Shown piece after piece: positions 19,112-30,600 of a DNA stretch of 64,000 bases. The notes beneath the pieces are model-generated. The model saw only the letters and a program-made list of their open reading frames with translations. It ran no database searches and was not told the DNA's origin. This DNA comes from an uncultured Flavobacteriales bacterium. GTDB taxonomy: Bacteria; Bacteroidota; Bacteroidia; Flavobacteriales_E; Vicingaceae. The stretch spans positions 11,609 to 75,608 of the forward strand of contig CAXFAI010000008.1 of NCBI GenBank assembly GCA_964001305.1. Reading direction: 5' to 3'. Both the position numbers and the translations under genes were made by a program. Within the stretch, counting starts at the first letter, position 1. Every line of letters starts with the position of its first letter.

Positions 19112-19618
19112 TTAGATGTCTTCTCCAGCAATTAACTTTTGTACTAATTCGAACAATTCATATTCATCGCCTTCCGAGTAAGAATTGTGTTGCCAAACAA
19201 TTTCACCATTTCCATTAACAAGAAATGTATGAGGGACATTGTTTACACCTAAAGCTCTTTTAAAATCTCCATTTGGGTCAATGTATACTTCATATTCCCA
19301 GGCTTTTCCATTTACGTAAGGAGCAACTTTTCCCATATTACGAGCATCATCAATCGAAATCGCTACAAGCTTTACTCCAGTTTCGTCAACCCAATCCTCG
19401 TACATTTCTGCAATGTTGTTCAATTCTCTTTTACAAGGGCTGCACCATGTTGCCCAAAAGTTTATGATTATGGGTTTGCCATCGTTTTCAATCTCACCTG
19501 TATTGAAAGTAGTGCCATCTAAATTTTGCACTTCTACGCTAGGAATATGATTTTTCTGAGCTTCACTTGATAAAGCATTGACAATGAAAAGTGAAGAGAT
19601 TAAAATTCTTAAAAACAT
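19112..19618 (-). CDS. TlpA/ResA-family periplasmic thiol:disulfide oxidoreductase
   Basis: Signal peptide, then FWATWCSPCKREL thioredoxin active site. 168 aa. Confidence 0.9.
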   Translation of the reverse strand: MFLRILISSLFIVNALSSEAQKNHIPSVEVQNLDGTTFNTGEIENDGKPIIINFWATWCSPCKRELNNIAEMYEDWVDETGVKLVAISIDDARNMGKVAPYVNGKAWEYEVYIDPNGDFKRALGVNNVPHTFLVNGNGEIVWQHNSYSEGDEYELFELVQKLIAGEDI

Positions 19619-19675
19619 AGTTGAGATATTAAATCAAAGGGAAGCTAAATTACAAAATTGATACCAGAAATATAA

Positions 19676-19704
19676 GTTGCTTGAAGTTCAAACTCTTATA
19701 TTTG
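19676..19704 (+). promoter_or_regulatory. Putative Bacteroidota sigma-A promoter
   Basis: GTTG (19676-19679), 17-nt spacer, TATATTTG (19697-19704, matches TAnnTTTG). Lies 28 nt upstream of ATG 19732. Confidence 0.35.
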
Positions 19705-19731
19705 TAAATTAACTTTTTTAAATTGTTATTT

Positions 19732-20961
19732 ATGAAGAAGATATATAGTTTTCTATCGTTGTTTATTATCGCATTATTGGGGTTTTCTCAATCGATTGGA
19801 ATTTACAATAAAAGTGGAGTTTCAATCATTGATGATACAATTACCATAAATCATCAGTTAGATACTGTAAATCCCCTTCCATATATTGAAGAGAAAGATT
19901 TTGCAGACGTTGTAAATGAGTCTTCAGGAACTATGGAAATAAAAGTAGCTAGACATGAAGTTCAAATTATTCAAGGAACTTCAGATTATTTATGTTGGGG
20001 AGCTACTTGTTTTGCTGCACAAAATGCAGGAACTAATCCGGTATGGTTTCCAGACGATAAGTCTGTAGTGAATGCAGGTGATACGGCTGGTAAAGCGTTT
20101 GGAACTTATCCACTTCAAGTATATTTTGTTCCAAATAATAATGTAGGTACTGTGGTTTATCGATATGAATTTTATGATGCGAATAACCCTTCCAATTCTT
20201 CTTCGGTTTACATTAAGTATAATATAGAATATTTACCTGCTTTTGGATTATTTGATCAATTTGGAAATAGCTTAATTGATGAAACATTAACTTTCTGGGT
20301 GCCTTTGGATACCGTAAATCCACTTCCATATTATGAATATAAAGATTTTGTAAGCATCGTAAATCAATCTGGAACCAGTAAAACCATCAAAGTTGCTAGG
20401 CACGAAGAGTCAATTATTCAAGGAACTTCAGATTATTTATGCTGGGGAGCTACTTGTTTTGCTGCTCAAACAGCAGGCTCAAATCCGGTTTGGTTACCCA
20501 ATGATGAGCTAGTTGTTCAATCAGGAGATACTGCTGGGAAAGCCCCTGGAACTTATAATCTTCAAATATATTTTGTTGCTAACAACAAAGTAGGAGAGGC
20601 AGTATATCGATATGAATTTTATGACGCCAATAATGCACAAGAGTCTAGCTCAATAAAAATTAAACATAGTATTACTTACTTATCTTCAAACCATGAAATC
20701 AAAAATCAAGGATTTGAATTTAGTTTGTTTCCAAATCCTGCTAGTACACATAGTTTTGTTAAGCTTGATGGGAATTTAGAAGGCTATGATTTAGAGATTT
20801 TAGTTCACAATATTTTAGGTCAAGAGCAGGATCGGATTACCGTTCAGAACTACCAAGAAAGAATTAAACTAAATCATGAGGACTTAAAGCCGGGTGTTTA
20901 CTTTGTAAGCGTTGTAAACAACGGTGAATATATTGACTCAAAAAGATTGGTTGTCCGATAA
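19732..20961 (+). CDS. Secreted T9SS cargo protein with an internally duplicated domain of unknown function and a type-A C-terminal sorting domain
   Basis: I prefer ATG 19732 (MKKIYSFLSLFIIALLGFSQ) to the track TTG at 19723. C-terminus FSLFPNPASTHSFVKL...GVYFVSVVNNGEYIDSKRLVVR matches the Por_Secre_tail pattern. Confidence 0.85.
   Translation: MKKIYSFLSLFIIALLGFSQSIGIYNKSGVSIIDDTITINHQLDTVNPLPYIEEKDFADVVNESSGTMEIKVARHEVQIIQGTSDYLCWGATCFAAQNAGTNPVWFPDDKSVVNAGDTAGKAFGTYPLQVYFVPNNNVGTVVYRYEFYDANNPSNSSSVYIKYNIEYLPAFGLFDQFGNSLIDETLTFWVPLDTVNPLPYYEYKDFVSIVNQSGTSKTIKVARHEESIIQGTSDYLCWGATCFAAQTAGSNPVWLPNDELVVQSGDTAGKAPGTYNLQIYFVANNKVGEAVYRYEFYDANNAQESSSIKIKHSITYLSSNHEIKNQGFEFSLFPNPASTHSFVKLDGNLEGYDLEILVHNILGQEQDRITVQNYQERIKLNHEDLKPGVYFVSVVNNGEYIDSKRLVVR
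19792..20682 (+). repeat. Intragenic tandem duplication (two copies of about 447 nt / 149 aa)
   Basis: Both copies share LDTVNPLPY..KDF, IKVARHE..IIQGTSDYLCWGATCFAAQ.AG.NPVW, GDTAGKA.GTY.LQ.YFV.NN.VG..VYRYEFYDANN. Bases 19966-20018 and 20413-20465 are identical at 52 of 53 positions. Confidence 0.9.
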
Positions 20962-20981
20962 AATATGGTTGTAAAAGTTGG

Positions 20982-21013
20982 AAAAAGGAGAATGATTTTC
21001 ATTCTCCTTTTTT
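20982..21013. terminator. Bidirectional intrinsic terminator
   Basis: A5, GGAGAATGA (20987-20995), TTT loop, TCATTCTCC (20999-21007), T6. The 3' arm overlaps the last codons and stop of cobB. Confidence 0.75.
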
Positions 21014-21706
21014 ATTTAAAAGTTTTTTGACCACGATAGGAACTCCTACGGATGCAACTTCTTTCACCAAAGTCCAATTTGAATCAAAATCTATTTCTGG
21101 AATGTTAGGGTCTATAAGAAAAGCGGGATTTTGTTTTGGAAAATAATGAGCAATATTTGCCGCAGGATAAACGCTTAATGAAGTGCCAATTACAAGTAAA
21201 TACTTAGCGTTGATTAATTCTCTTATGGCTTTGTCCATCATGGGAACTTCTTCTCCAAACCAAACTACATGTGGTCTCAATTGAAAACCCTTCTCGCACT
21301 GGTCTCCTAATTTGATGTCCCTATTGGTTTTATAAATTAAGTTCGAATATTTTTCACTCCTTACTTTGTTAAGTTCACCGTGTAAATGAATGACATTTGA
21401 AGAACCTGCCTGCTCATGTAAATCATCAATGTTTTGGGTAATTACAACTACTTCAAATTGCTTCTCTAATTCCACTAAGGCAAAATGAGCAGGATTAGGT
21501 TCAACTTGTTGTAACTGATTTCTTCGCATATTGTAAAATCTTAACACCATTTCTGGGTCCTTTTTCCATGCTTCAGGCGTAGCAACTTCTGTTACCTTAT
21601 GATTTTCCCATAAACCATTATTGTCTCTAAAAGTTTTCAGGCCGCTTTCAGCGCTAACTCCAGCACCACTGAATATGATTATTTTTTCCTTTTTTGGGGT
21701 ATGCAT
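20999..21706 (-). CDS. cobB: NAD-dependent protein deacylase (Sir2 family)
   Basis: GAGVSAESGLKTFRD, QNIDDLHEQAGS and HLHGEL motifs. 235 aa. Confidence 0.92.
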   Translation of the reverse strand: MHTPKKEKIIIFSGAGVSAESGLKTFRDNNGLWENHKVTEVATPEAWKKDPEMVLRFYNMRRNQLQQVEPNPAHFALVELEKQFEVVVITQNIDDLHEQAGSSNVIHLHGELNKVRSEKYSNLIYKTNRDIKLGDQCEKGFQLRPHVVWFGEEVPMMDKAIRELINAKYLLVIGTSLSVYPAANIAHYFPKQNPAFLIDPNIPEIDFDSNWTLVKEVASVGVPIVVKKLLNKKGE

Positions 21707-21774
21707 CTTGTCTTAATTTACTATCAAATGTTCAAGGCTTATTGATTAAATTTACCTGCCTTAAATTTAACCAT

Positions 21775-24051
21775 ATGGCCGATTCCCGAAAACAAATAGA
21801 AGCACTAGATTACCATTCTGATGGAAAACCTGGGAAAATAGAAGTTAGACCTACAAAACCTTACCATACTCAACGCGATTTAGCATTGGCTTATTCTCCG
21901 GGAGTTGCGGAGCCATGTAAAAAAATAGCAGAGGATAAAGATTTGTCTTATAAATACACGGCAAAAGGCAATTTGGTGGCCGTTATCTCAAATGGAACGG
22001 CAGTTCTAGGACTTGGAGATATAGGACCAGATGCATCAAAACCGGTGATGGAGGGGAAAGGATTGCTGTTTAAAATTTTTGCAGACATTGATGTTTTTGA
22101 TATTGAAGTAGATCAAACCAATGTTGACGATTTTGTGAAAACGGTTAAAGCCATTGCACCAACCTTTGGTGGAATTAATCTGGAAGATATAAAAGCACCA
22201 GAATGTTTTGAGATTGAGAATCGATTAAAAAAGGAATTGAATATTCCAATAATGCACGACGATCAGCATGGAACGGCTATTATTTCTGCTGCTGCCATGC
22301 TCAATGCTTTGGAGTTAGCAGACAAAAAAATTGAAGATATTAAAATCGTTGTAAATGGAGCTGGGGCTTCAGCTATGGCTTGTATCGATTTGTATGTTGC
22401 CTTGGGAGCATCAAAGAGCAACATTGTTATGCTTGATAGTAAAGGAGTTATTCGAAAAGATAGAACAGACCTCAATAAATACAAAAAAAATTACGCGACT
22501 GAACAAGACCTTCACAATCTTAATGATGCTGTTCAAGGTGCCGATTTGTTTTTAGGGCTTTCTAAAGGAAATGTGCTTACCAAAGAAATGGTCCAGTCAA
22601 TGGCTGAAAACCCAATCGTATTTGCACTTGCAAATCCCGACCCTGAAATACCTTACAAAGAAGCCATGGCTGCGCGCAAAGATATTATAATGGCTACAGG
22701 ACGGTCGGATCATCCAAATCAAGTAAACAACGTATTAGGTTTTCCATTCATTTTTAGAGGAGCTCTAGATGTTAGGGCAACCACTATTAATGAGGAAATG
22801 AAGATGGCTGCAGTAAAGGCAATTGCTGAAATTGCAAAAGAACCTGTTCCTGAAGAAGTGAATGAAGCATACAGTTCTCGGAACCTATCGTTTGGTCGAG
22901 ATTTTTTAATTCCAAAGCCTATGGACCCACGCTTACTTATGGCAATTGCTCCCGCTGTGGCAAAGGCTGCAATTAAGTCTGGGGTGGCCCAAAAAGAAAT
23001 AACAGATTGGGGGCTCTATAAGTTGGAATTGAGTACCAGACTTGGCCTCGATAATAAGCTAATGAAAAACATGACTGAGCGAGCTGGTAGAAAGCCTCAA
23101 CGTGTTGTTTTTGCAGAAGCCGACAATTATAAAGTGCTTAAAGCAGCTCAAGTTGTTAAAGATGAGAGTATTGCCATTCCTATTTTGCTTGGAAACAAAA
23201 GTAGAATCGAAGGATTAATTGAAGAGTTTGGAATGGAACTTCAAGGGGTGGAAATTATTGACCCCAAAGATGAGAGCTTAAGAGAAAAAAGGTATCAATT
23301 TGGCGATGTGTTGTTTGAAAAACGGCAAAGGAGAGGAGTTACTCAATACGAGGCACGACATAAAATGCGAGACCGAAATCATTTTGGGGCTATGATGTTG
23401 GAGCAAGGTGAAGCAGATGCCTTTATTAGTGGAATAACTAGAAATTATCCGGAAACCATACGGCCAGCATTGCAAATAATTGGAACGCAAAAAGGGGTCA
23501 ATAAAATTGCTGGAATGTATATTTTAATCACCAAAAATGGACCAGTCTTTTTTGCGGATACAACTATTAATGTAAATCCAAGCGCGAGAGATCTTGCAGA
23601 TATCACTTTATTAGCTGCAAAATCAGTTGAGCGTTTAAAAATAAAACCAAGAATTGCTTTGCTGTCTTTTGCTAACTTTGGCTCTACCGACTTTGAAGAA
23701 TCAAAGAAAGTTCGAGACGCTGTAAAGATTTTGCATGAAGAGCATCCATCATTAGTGGTTGATGGAGAGCTTCAAGCCAACTTTGCCTTGAGTAAGGAAC
23801 TGATGAAAGAAAAGTTTCCATTTTCTAAATTGGTGAATAAAAAGGTGAATGTGCTTATTTTTCCAAATCTATCAGCAGGAAATATTGCTTACAAATTAGT
23901 ACAAGAAATGGGAGAAACTGAAGCCATTGGGCCAATTCTATTGGGCTTGAATAAATCAGTGCATATTTTACAATTGGGAAGTAGCGTGAGAGAAATCGTA
24001 AATATGGTTACCATTGCAGCGGTAGATGCTCAAACCAGAACTAATAAATAA
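21775..24051 (+). CDS. maeB: NADP-dependent malic enzyme with C-terminal phosphotransacetylase-like domain
   Basis: I prefer ATG 21775 ([24 protein letters not shown]...). The track start at 21694 would overlap cobB. About 759 aa with the typical MaeB two-domain layout. Confidence 0.93.
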   Translation: MADSRKQIEALDYHSDGKPGKIEVRPTKPYHTQRDLALAYSPGVAEPCKKIAEDKDLSYKYTAKGNLVAVISNGTAVLGLGDIGPDASKPVMEGKGLLFKIFADIDVFDIEVDQTNVDDFVKTVKAIAPTFGGINLEDIKAPECFEIENRLKKELNIPIMHDDQHGTAIISAAAMLNALELADKKIEDIKIVVNGAGASAMACIDLYVALGASKSNIVMLDSKGVIRKDRTDLNKYKKNYATEQDLHNLNDAVQGADLFLGLSKGNVLTKEMVQSMAENPIVFALANPDPEIPYKEAMAARKDIIMATGRSDHPNQVNNVLGFPFIFRGALDVRATTINEEMKMAAVKAIAEIAKEPVPEEVNEAYSSRNLSFGRDFLIPKPMDPRLLMAIAPAVAKAAIKSGVAQKEITDWGLYKLELSTRLGLDNKLMKNMTERAGRKPQRVVFAEADNYKVLKAAQVVKDESIAIPILLGNKSRIEGLIEEFGMELQGVEIIDPKDESLREKRYQFGDVLFEKRQRRGVTQYEARHKMRDRNHFGAMMLEQGEADAFISGITRNYPETIRPALQIIGTQKGVNKIAGMYILITKNGPVFFADTTINVNPSARDLADITLLAAKSVERLKIKPRIALLSFANFGSTDFEESKKVRDAVKILHEEHPSLVVDGELQANFALSKELMKEKFPFSKLVNKKVNVLIFPNLSAGNIAYKLVQEMGETEAIGPILLGLNKSVHILQLGSSVREIVNMVTIAAVDAQTRTNK

Positions 24052-24632
24052 TGATAGCATATTTAAACGGTCGCTTAGTAGAAAAAAGCCCAACATTTGT
24101 AGTTATTGATGTAGCTGGTATTGGATATCATGTTTTTATTTCATTAAATACTTTTTCGAAGCTTCCACAAGAAGAAAGTTGTAAGCTTTACACAGAATTA
24201 GTTGTGCGTGAAGATGCACAATTGCTTTATGGCTTTATAAATCCTGCCGAAAAAGAGTTGTTTCAATTATTGACTTCAGTTTCTGGGGTTGGTCCATCTA
24301 CAGCTATGATGGTTTTATCAGCAGGAGATTCAATGGAAATACAAGAAGCAATAATAACTGGCGATGTAGCTTGGTTTAAAGGAGTAAAAGGAATTGGGCC
24401 AAAATCAGCCCAACGGATAATAATAGATTTGAAAGATAAAGTTGCTAAGGTAAATCTTGATTCAGATAATTTAACCTTTAAGGACAATACCCTTAAAGAT
24501 GAAGCGTTATCTGCTTTGGTTATGCTCGGCTTTAATAAAAATAAAGCTGAAAAAGTAGTTAGTAATATTCTTCGTTCAAATCAAAACCTCAGTGTTGAGG
24601 ATGTCATTAAAAATGCATTAAAAGGCCTTTAG
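24051..24632 (+). CDS. ruvA: Holliday junction DNA-binding protein RuvA
   Basis: [28 protein letters not shown]... and HhH motifs SVSGVGPSTA and VKGIGPKSAQRI. The start overlaps the maeB stop (TAATG). Confidence 0.95.
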   Translation: MIAYLNGRLVEKSPTFVVIDVAGIGYHVFISLNTFSKLPQEESCKLYTELVVREDAQLLYGFINPAEKELFQLLTSVSGVGPSTAMMVLSAGDSMEIQEAIITGDVAWFKGVKGIGPKSAQRIIIDLKDKVAKVNLDSDNLTFKDNTLKDEALSALVMLGFNKNKAEKVVSNILRSNQNLSVEDVIKNALKGL

Positions 24633-24651
24633 GTAATTTCTGTAAAGTAGT

Positions 24652-27600
24652 TTGGTAAATAGAAATCATCATATAAGCAGGCTATGGCTTTTTCTAATCC
24701 TGATGGGGGGATTGTTAAGCTCAGCTTCCGGCAAGTCAAATACTTGGCCGGATTTTGATTTTAATAAGGTTTATAATATTCAGCTTCCTGCAGATTCAAC
24801 GGAAGATGATTCTAATGATGTAAAACTCATCTATCCATTTGATGATCGAAGTAATGAAGGTTTAAATGAAAACGAAAGTCCGTTATTCTTTGGAGACCCT
24901 TCCAATGTTGAAAAAGAGTTTGAGTATGACCCTGAATCTGGCGAGTATAATTACTATCAAAAAATAGGAGATAGAGATTTTAGAAGGCCAACCCAAATGA
25001 CTTTAGAAGAGTATCTAGAGTATGATATGGAAAATAGTCAGCGGGATTTTTGGCGAAAAAAGGCTGCCGCAGAAACGCTAAATGAATCGCAAGGCTTTAG
25101 GCCTCAATTAAATATTAAAGGAGAACTGTTTGACCGAATTTTTGGTGGAAACACTATTGATATACGCCCTCAAGGATCAGCCGAATTGTCATTTGGAGTA
25201 AATATTTCACGAAGAGATAATCCGATTTTACCTGAACGTCAAAGAAGAACCACCAATTTTGATTTTAACCAAAAAATTCAATTAAATGTAATTGGGAACA
25301 TTGGTGAAAAGTTGAGAATTCAAACAAGCTACAATACAGAAGCAACTTTTGATTTTGAAAACCAAACCAAAATAGAATATACAGGTTACGAAGATGAAAT
25401 TATTCAAAAAATTGAAGCAGGAAATGTGTCACTTCCACTTCAAAGTTCACTCATAACTGGAAGCCAAACCTTATTTGGTATTAAAACTGAACTTCAATTT
25501 GGAAGACTGAGGGTGACATCAATTTTTTCGCAAGAAAGAGGAGAAAAAAAGGAAATCAATATTACAGGCGGCGCTCAAGTACAGGAGTTTGAAAAGTCAG
25601 CTTCTGAGTATGAGGAAAATAAGCACTACTTTTTATCTCATTTGTTTAGAGAGAGTTATGAATCAAATCTTGCAAACCCACCACGAATTACATCAAGAAT
25701 AAATATTACAGCAGTAGAGGTTTATATTACCAATACACAAGGGTCTTTTAATAATACACGTAATATTTTAGGTTTTACAGATTTGGGTTCAGATAGAAGA
25801 ATATACAATCCAGCTGTTGTTAATAGAACGTATCAAAACACTGATGGAAATCGAGTAGCCGATAATAATGTCAATGATTTATATGCCAACTTAAGTGGAG
25901 GGTTTAGTCAAGCAGGCCAAATTCGAAACTTTAACAATGCCGATCAGATTTTACAATCCGAAGGACTACAAAGTGGTTCTGATTATGAGAGACTAGAAAA
26001 TGCAGTCTTGTTATCACCTAATGAGTATGTTTTGAATCCTGAATTGGGTTATATATCATTAAACAGAACCCTGAACCCTCAAGATGTTTTAGCGGTTGCC
26101 TATCGATATACTTACAATGGTAAAGTGTATCAGGTTGGTGATTTATCTACCGACGGAATTGATGGCCAAGAAGCGCTTTATTTGAAGTTGTTGAAAGGAA
26201 CCATTATAGATCCAACTTTGCCAAGTTGGGATTTAATGATGAAAAACGTTTATTCATTGGATGCATTTAATGTTAGCCAAGAAAATTTTCAATTTGAAAT
26301 TTGGTATCTAAATGAATCAACGGGTGTAGAAATTCCATATTTCCCCGAAGGAAAACCAGAAGGCAAGCCTTTGATTCAAACCTTAGGTCTTGACCGAATT
26401 TCCGTAGTAAATGATCCACAAGCAGATGGTTTGTTTGACTTTATTCCCAATGTGACTATTAACCCACAAAATGGACGTATTTACTTCCCTGTTCTAGAGC
26501 CTTTTGGCGATTATTTAAAATCTCGATTCGATAATCAGAATTTAGCTACAAAGTATGCCTACGATTCACTTTATACAACCACTAAAATACTTGCCCAACA
26601 AGATGTAGATCACAATAGGTTTACATTCCGAGGAAGATATCAGTCAAGCTCAGGATCAGAAATTTCTTTAAATACATTCAACATTCCACAAGGCTCAGTT
26701 ACAGTTACGGCAGGTGGGGCTCAGTTGACAGAAAATGTGGATTATACGGTCGATTATAATTTAGGTCGGGTTAAAATTTTGAACGATGGTATTTTGGCTT
26801 CTGGTCAACCTATTAAAGTTTCATTAGGAAGTAATTCCTTGTTTAATGTTCAAACTAAAACCTTAATGGGTTCACGTTTTGATTATCGAGTTTCTGAGGA
26901 CTTAAATATTGGTGGTACTGTTTTAAATTTAACGGAAAGACCACTGACTCGAAAAATTAATATTGGAGATGAGCCAATTTCGAATACGGTAGTCGGGATA
27001 GATGGGTCTTATCAAACGGAAGCACCTTTTTTAACCCGAGCAGTAGATTTATTGCCTTTTTATTCAACCAAGCAAAAATCTACCTTAACCGTTACAGCAG
27101 AAGCGGCTAAATTATTTCCTGGAAACTCTAGGGCGATTACCAAAAACGGAATCGCATACATAGATGATTTTGAAGGGAGTCAAACGGTAATTGATATTAG
27201 AGCGGCAAATGCTTGGTATTTGGCAAGTACACCTCAGGGTCAAGATGATTTATTTCCGGAAGGGAATTTAAATCAAGAGTTAGACTATGGCTTTAATAGA
27301 GCGAAGCTTGCATGGTATACCATTGATCCGCTATTTTTTAGAAATGATAGCCGAACGCCTTCCCATATTCAGAATTCTGCTAGTCAATCCAATAACTTTT
27401 CTAGAGAAATTTTAGAAACAGAAGTCTTTCCAAATAAAGATCCAGATCCAGGTTTAATCAATAATCTACCAACTTTAGATTTAGCTTTTTATCCACGAGA
27501 GAGAGGTCCGTATAACTATGAAACAAGTGGAGGAGATTATTCTGCTGGATTAAATGCTGATGGTACACTTAAAGAGCCTAGAAGTAGATGGGGGGGTATA

Positions 27601-30600
27601 ATGCGCGAAATTCAGTCTAGTGATTTTGAAGCTTCAAATGTGGAATTTATTCAATTCTGGATAATGGACCCTTTTAACGAACAAGATGGGAATCCAAATC
27701 ATTCAGGGGGAGATTTGTATTTTAATATTGGTTCTATTTCTGAAGATGTGCTAAAAGATTCTCGAAAAAGTTTCGAGAATGGATTTCCAGTAGATGGCTC
27801 AAATAATAATACAGATGGAACTATTTGGGGTAGAGTTCCAACGGTGCAGTCTGTAGTTCTTGCATTCGATAATAACCCAAGTTCTAGGGAATTTCAAGAT
27901 ATTGGATTAGATGGTTTGTCTGATGCTCAGGAACAAGAAGAGTTTCAAGATTATTTAAATGAACTAGCAACAGTTTTAAATCCAGCTGTTTTAAATGAGT
28001 TTGCAGCCGATCCTTCGGAGGATAATTACCACTATTACCGGGGAGGCGATTATGATGCACAGCAACTTTCCATTTTAGAAAGATATAAAATGTTTAACGG
28101 TCATGAAGGTAACTCGCCAACTGCAGAGCAATCTCCGGAAAGCTATCCAACTGCAGCAACTACCTTGCCCGACCAAGAGGATGTAAACAGGAACTTTAAT
28201 CTAGATCGTACGGAGAGTTATTATCAATACAAAGTTCGATTAAGTCCAGAAATACTTCAAACAACAAATGTGGGTAACAACTACATTACTGATGTAGTTA
28301 GAGCTACCAAAAATGTAAATGGAAAAACCAAAGAAGTGAATTGGTATCAATTTAGAATTCCAATTCGGGATCCCGAAAAAGTAATTGGAAACATTCGAGA
28401 TTTTAAATCTATCCGTTTTATGAGGATGTTTTTGAAAGATTTTGATGAAGATGTAATTGTGCGTTTTGCTCGATTAGGTTTAGTTCGTGGTGAATGGAGA
28501 GCTTATGATCGAGAAGAAATTCCACCGGGAGATACACATGGTTCTGAACCAGGAACTACTTCATTTAATATTGCGGCAGTGAACGTAGAAGAAAATGCAA
28601 ATCGTGTTCCTATTAACTACACCATTCCACCAGATATTGAAAGGGAAATAGATTTTGGAACCACAAATCTTCGTCAGCTAAATGAGCAATCTTTGGTGCT
28701 TGATGTTTGTAATCTTCAAGATGGATACTCAAAGTATGCTTTTCGATATTTGGATTTAGATATCAGACAATATCAACGTCTTAAAATGTATGCTCACGCT
28801 GAAGCGGGACAAAGTGGAGAAGTATTAAATGATGGAGATGTTTCTATTGTACTTCGATTGGGTACTGATTTTGAAAGCAATTATTATGAATATGAAGTGC
28901 CTCTGGAAGTAACCTTACCAGGAGAAAACTCTCCTGAGCAAGTATGGCCGGAAAGCAATGAAATTAACTTAGAGTTTGACAAATTGATTAATGCCAAGCA
29001 AAATAGAAATAGGCAGTTTGTTAATCCAGGTTCAGGTGTTAGTGTTAGCCAAGTCTATGAAATTGAAGATGGAAAGAATTTTATTCGAGTTAGGGGTAAT
29101 CCTAATTTGGCTGAGGTAAGAGTTGTAATGATTGGTGTACGAAACAGAAGGGGAGGCTTGAATAACGATAATGACGATGGGCTCCCTAAATGTGCGGAAG
29201 TTTGGGCAAATGAATTAAGGTTGTCGGATTTTAATAATAAAGGTGGATGGGCAGCTCAAGCACGTGTAAATGCACAATTGGCAGATCTGGGAACCGTTAA
29301 CTTATCTGCAAGTATGAGTACGCCAGGTTGGGGAAGTTTGGAGCAAAAATTAAATGAACGTCAAAGAGAGACTAACCAGCAATACGATTTATCAGCTAGC
29401 CTTGACCTTGCGAAATTTTTACCCAAGGAAGCTAACTTGAGTATTCCAATGTATTACTCTATTTCAGAAAATGTAATACGTCCTGAGTTTAATCCATTAG
29501 ATCCGGATGTTAAATTGAATGATGTTCTTCGTTCAAATGAGTTTACGGATGATTATAAGGATTCAATTAGAAAAATAACCGATGATTACACTCGAAGGCG
29601 TAGTTTGAATTTTACCAATGTTAAAAAAGTACCAGGGCCAAACAAAGGGAAAAGTAGAATCTACGATGTTGAGAATTTATCGTTTAGCTATGCGTATACT
29701 GAAATATATCAACGAGATATCAATACCAAATACGATAAGCAGGAAACCTACCGTGGAGGTATCAATTATGCTTATTCAGCGCAACCAAAACACATTGAGC
29801 CTTTTAAAAACGTTGAGTTTTTCAAAAAACATAAAGGCTGGGATTGGGTAAAGGACTTCAACTTTAACCCGGTTCCATCTCAAATTAGTGTGCAGTCGTT
29901 ATTTGACAGAAGCTATCAAGAGCGTCAAGCAAGAAATATCACGAGCAGTTCAACAAGTTCTTTTGTTTTTGAATCACCACCCTTTTATCAGAAGTCGTTT
30001 AATTGGACTAGACTTTATACTTTGAGGCATAACTTTACAAAATCATTGACCTTTAATTTCAATGCTTCTAATAGGGCATTAATTGGGGAACCTGATGGAA
30101 AAGTAGACCGAGATGATAAAGAGAGTTATGAAGCCTTCAAGCAGGAAGTGTGGAGTAACATTCAAAGGTTTGGCGATAATACCAACTACAACCACAATTT
30201 TGACTTAAACTACAGCTTACCCTTAAAGAAAATTCCTGGTTTAGATTTTGTAAATGCCAGTGCACGATACTCTGCCACTTATGCATGGGATTTAGTGGGT
30301 AACCCAGATGCAGATACTTCTTTGGGAAGTACCATTCGGAACTCTCAAACCAAAGGTCTTCAAGCAACCTTGTCAATGGATATTCTCTATAATAAATTTC
30401 AGTACTACAAAGATTTGAAGAATCCTCAGATTGATAATCGATATATTTTTAAAGAAGAAAAGGAAGAGGAAGAAGAAGAGAAAAAGGGTAAGAAAAAGGA
30501 GGAGAAAAAAGGGGAAGACCCCAAAAGCTTAATCGTTGGTGAAGAGATTCCTGATAAACGCACCGAAGCTATAGATGAAGAGCCTGATACGCTTAAGAAG

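Noticed and set aside
21694-21774. A 27-codon N-terminal extension of maeB in the track ORF.
   Set aside because: It would overlap the divergent cobB start. The extension (MGYASCLNLLSNVQGLLIKFTCLKFNH) has no resemblance to malic-enzyme N-termini. The ATG at 21775 gives the family-typical [14 protein letters not shown].
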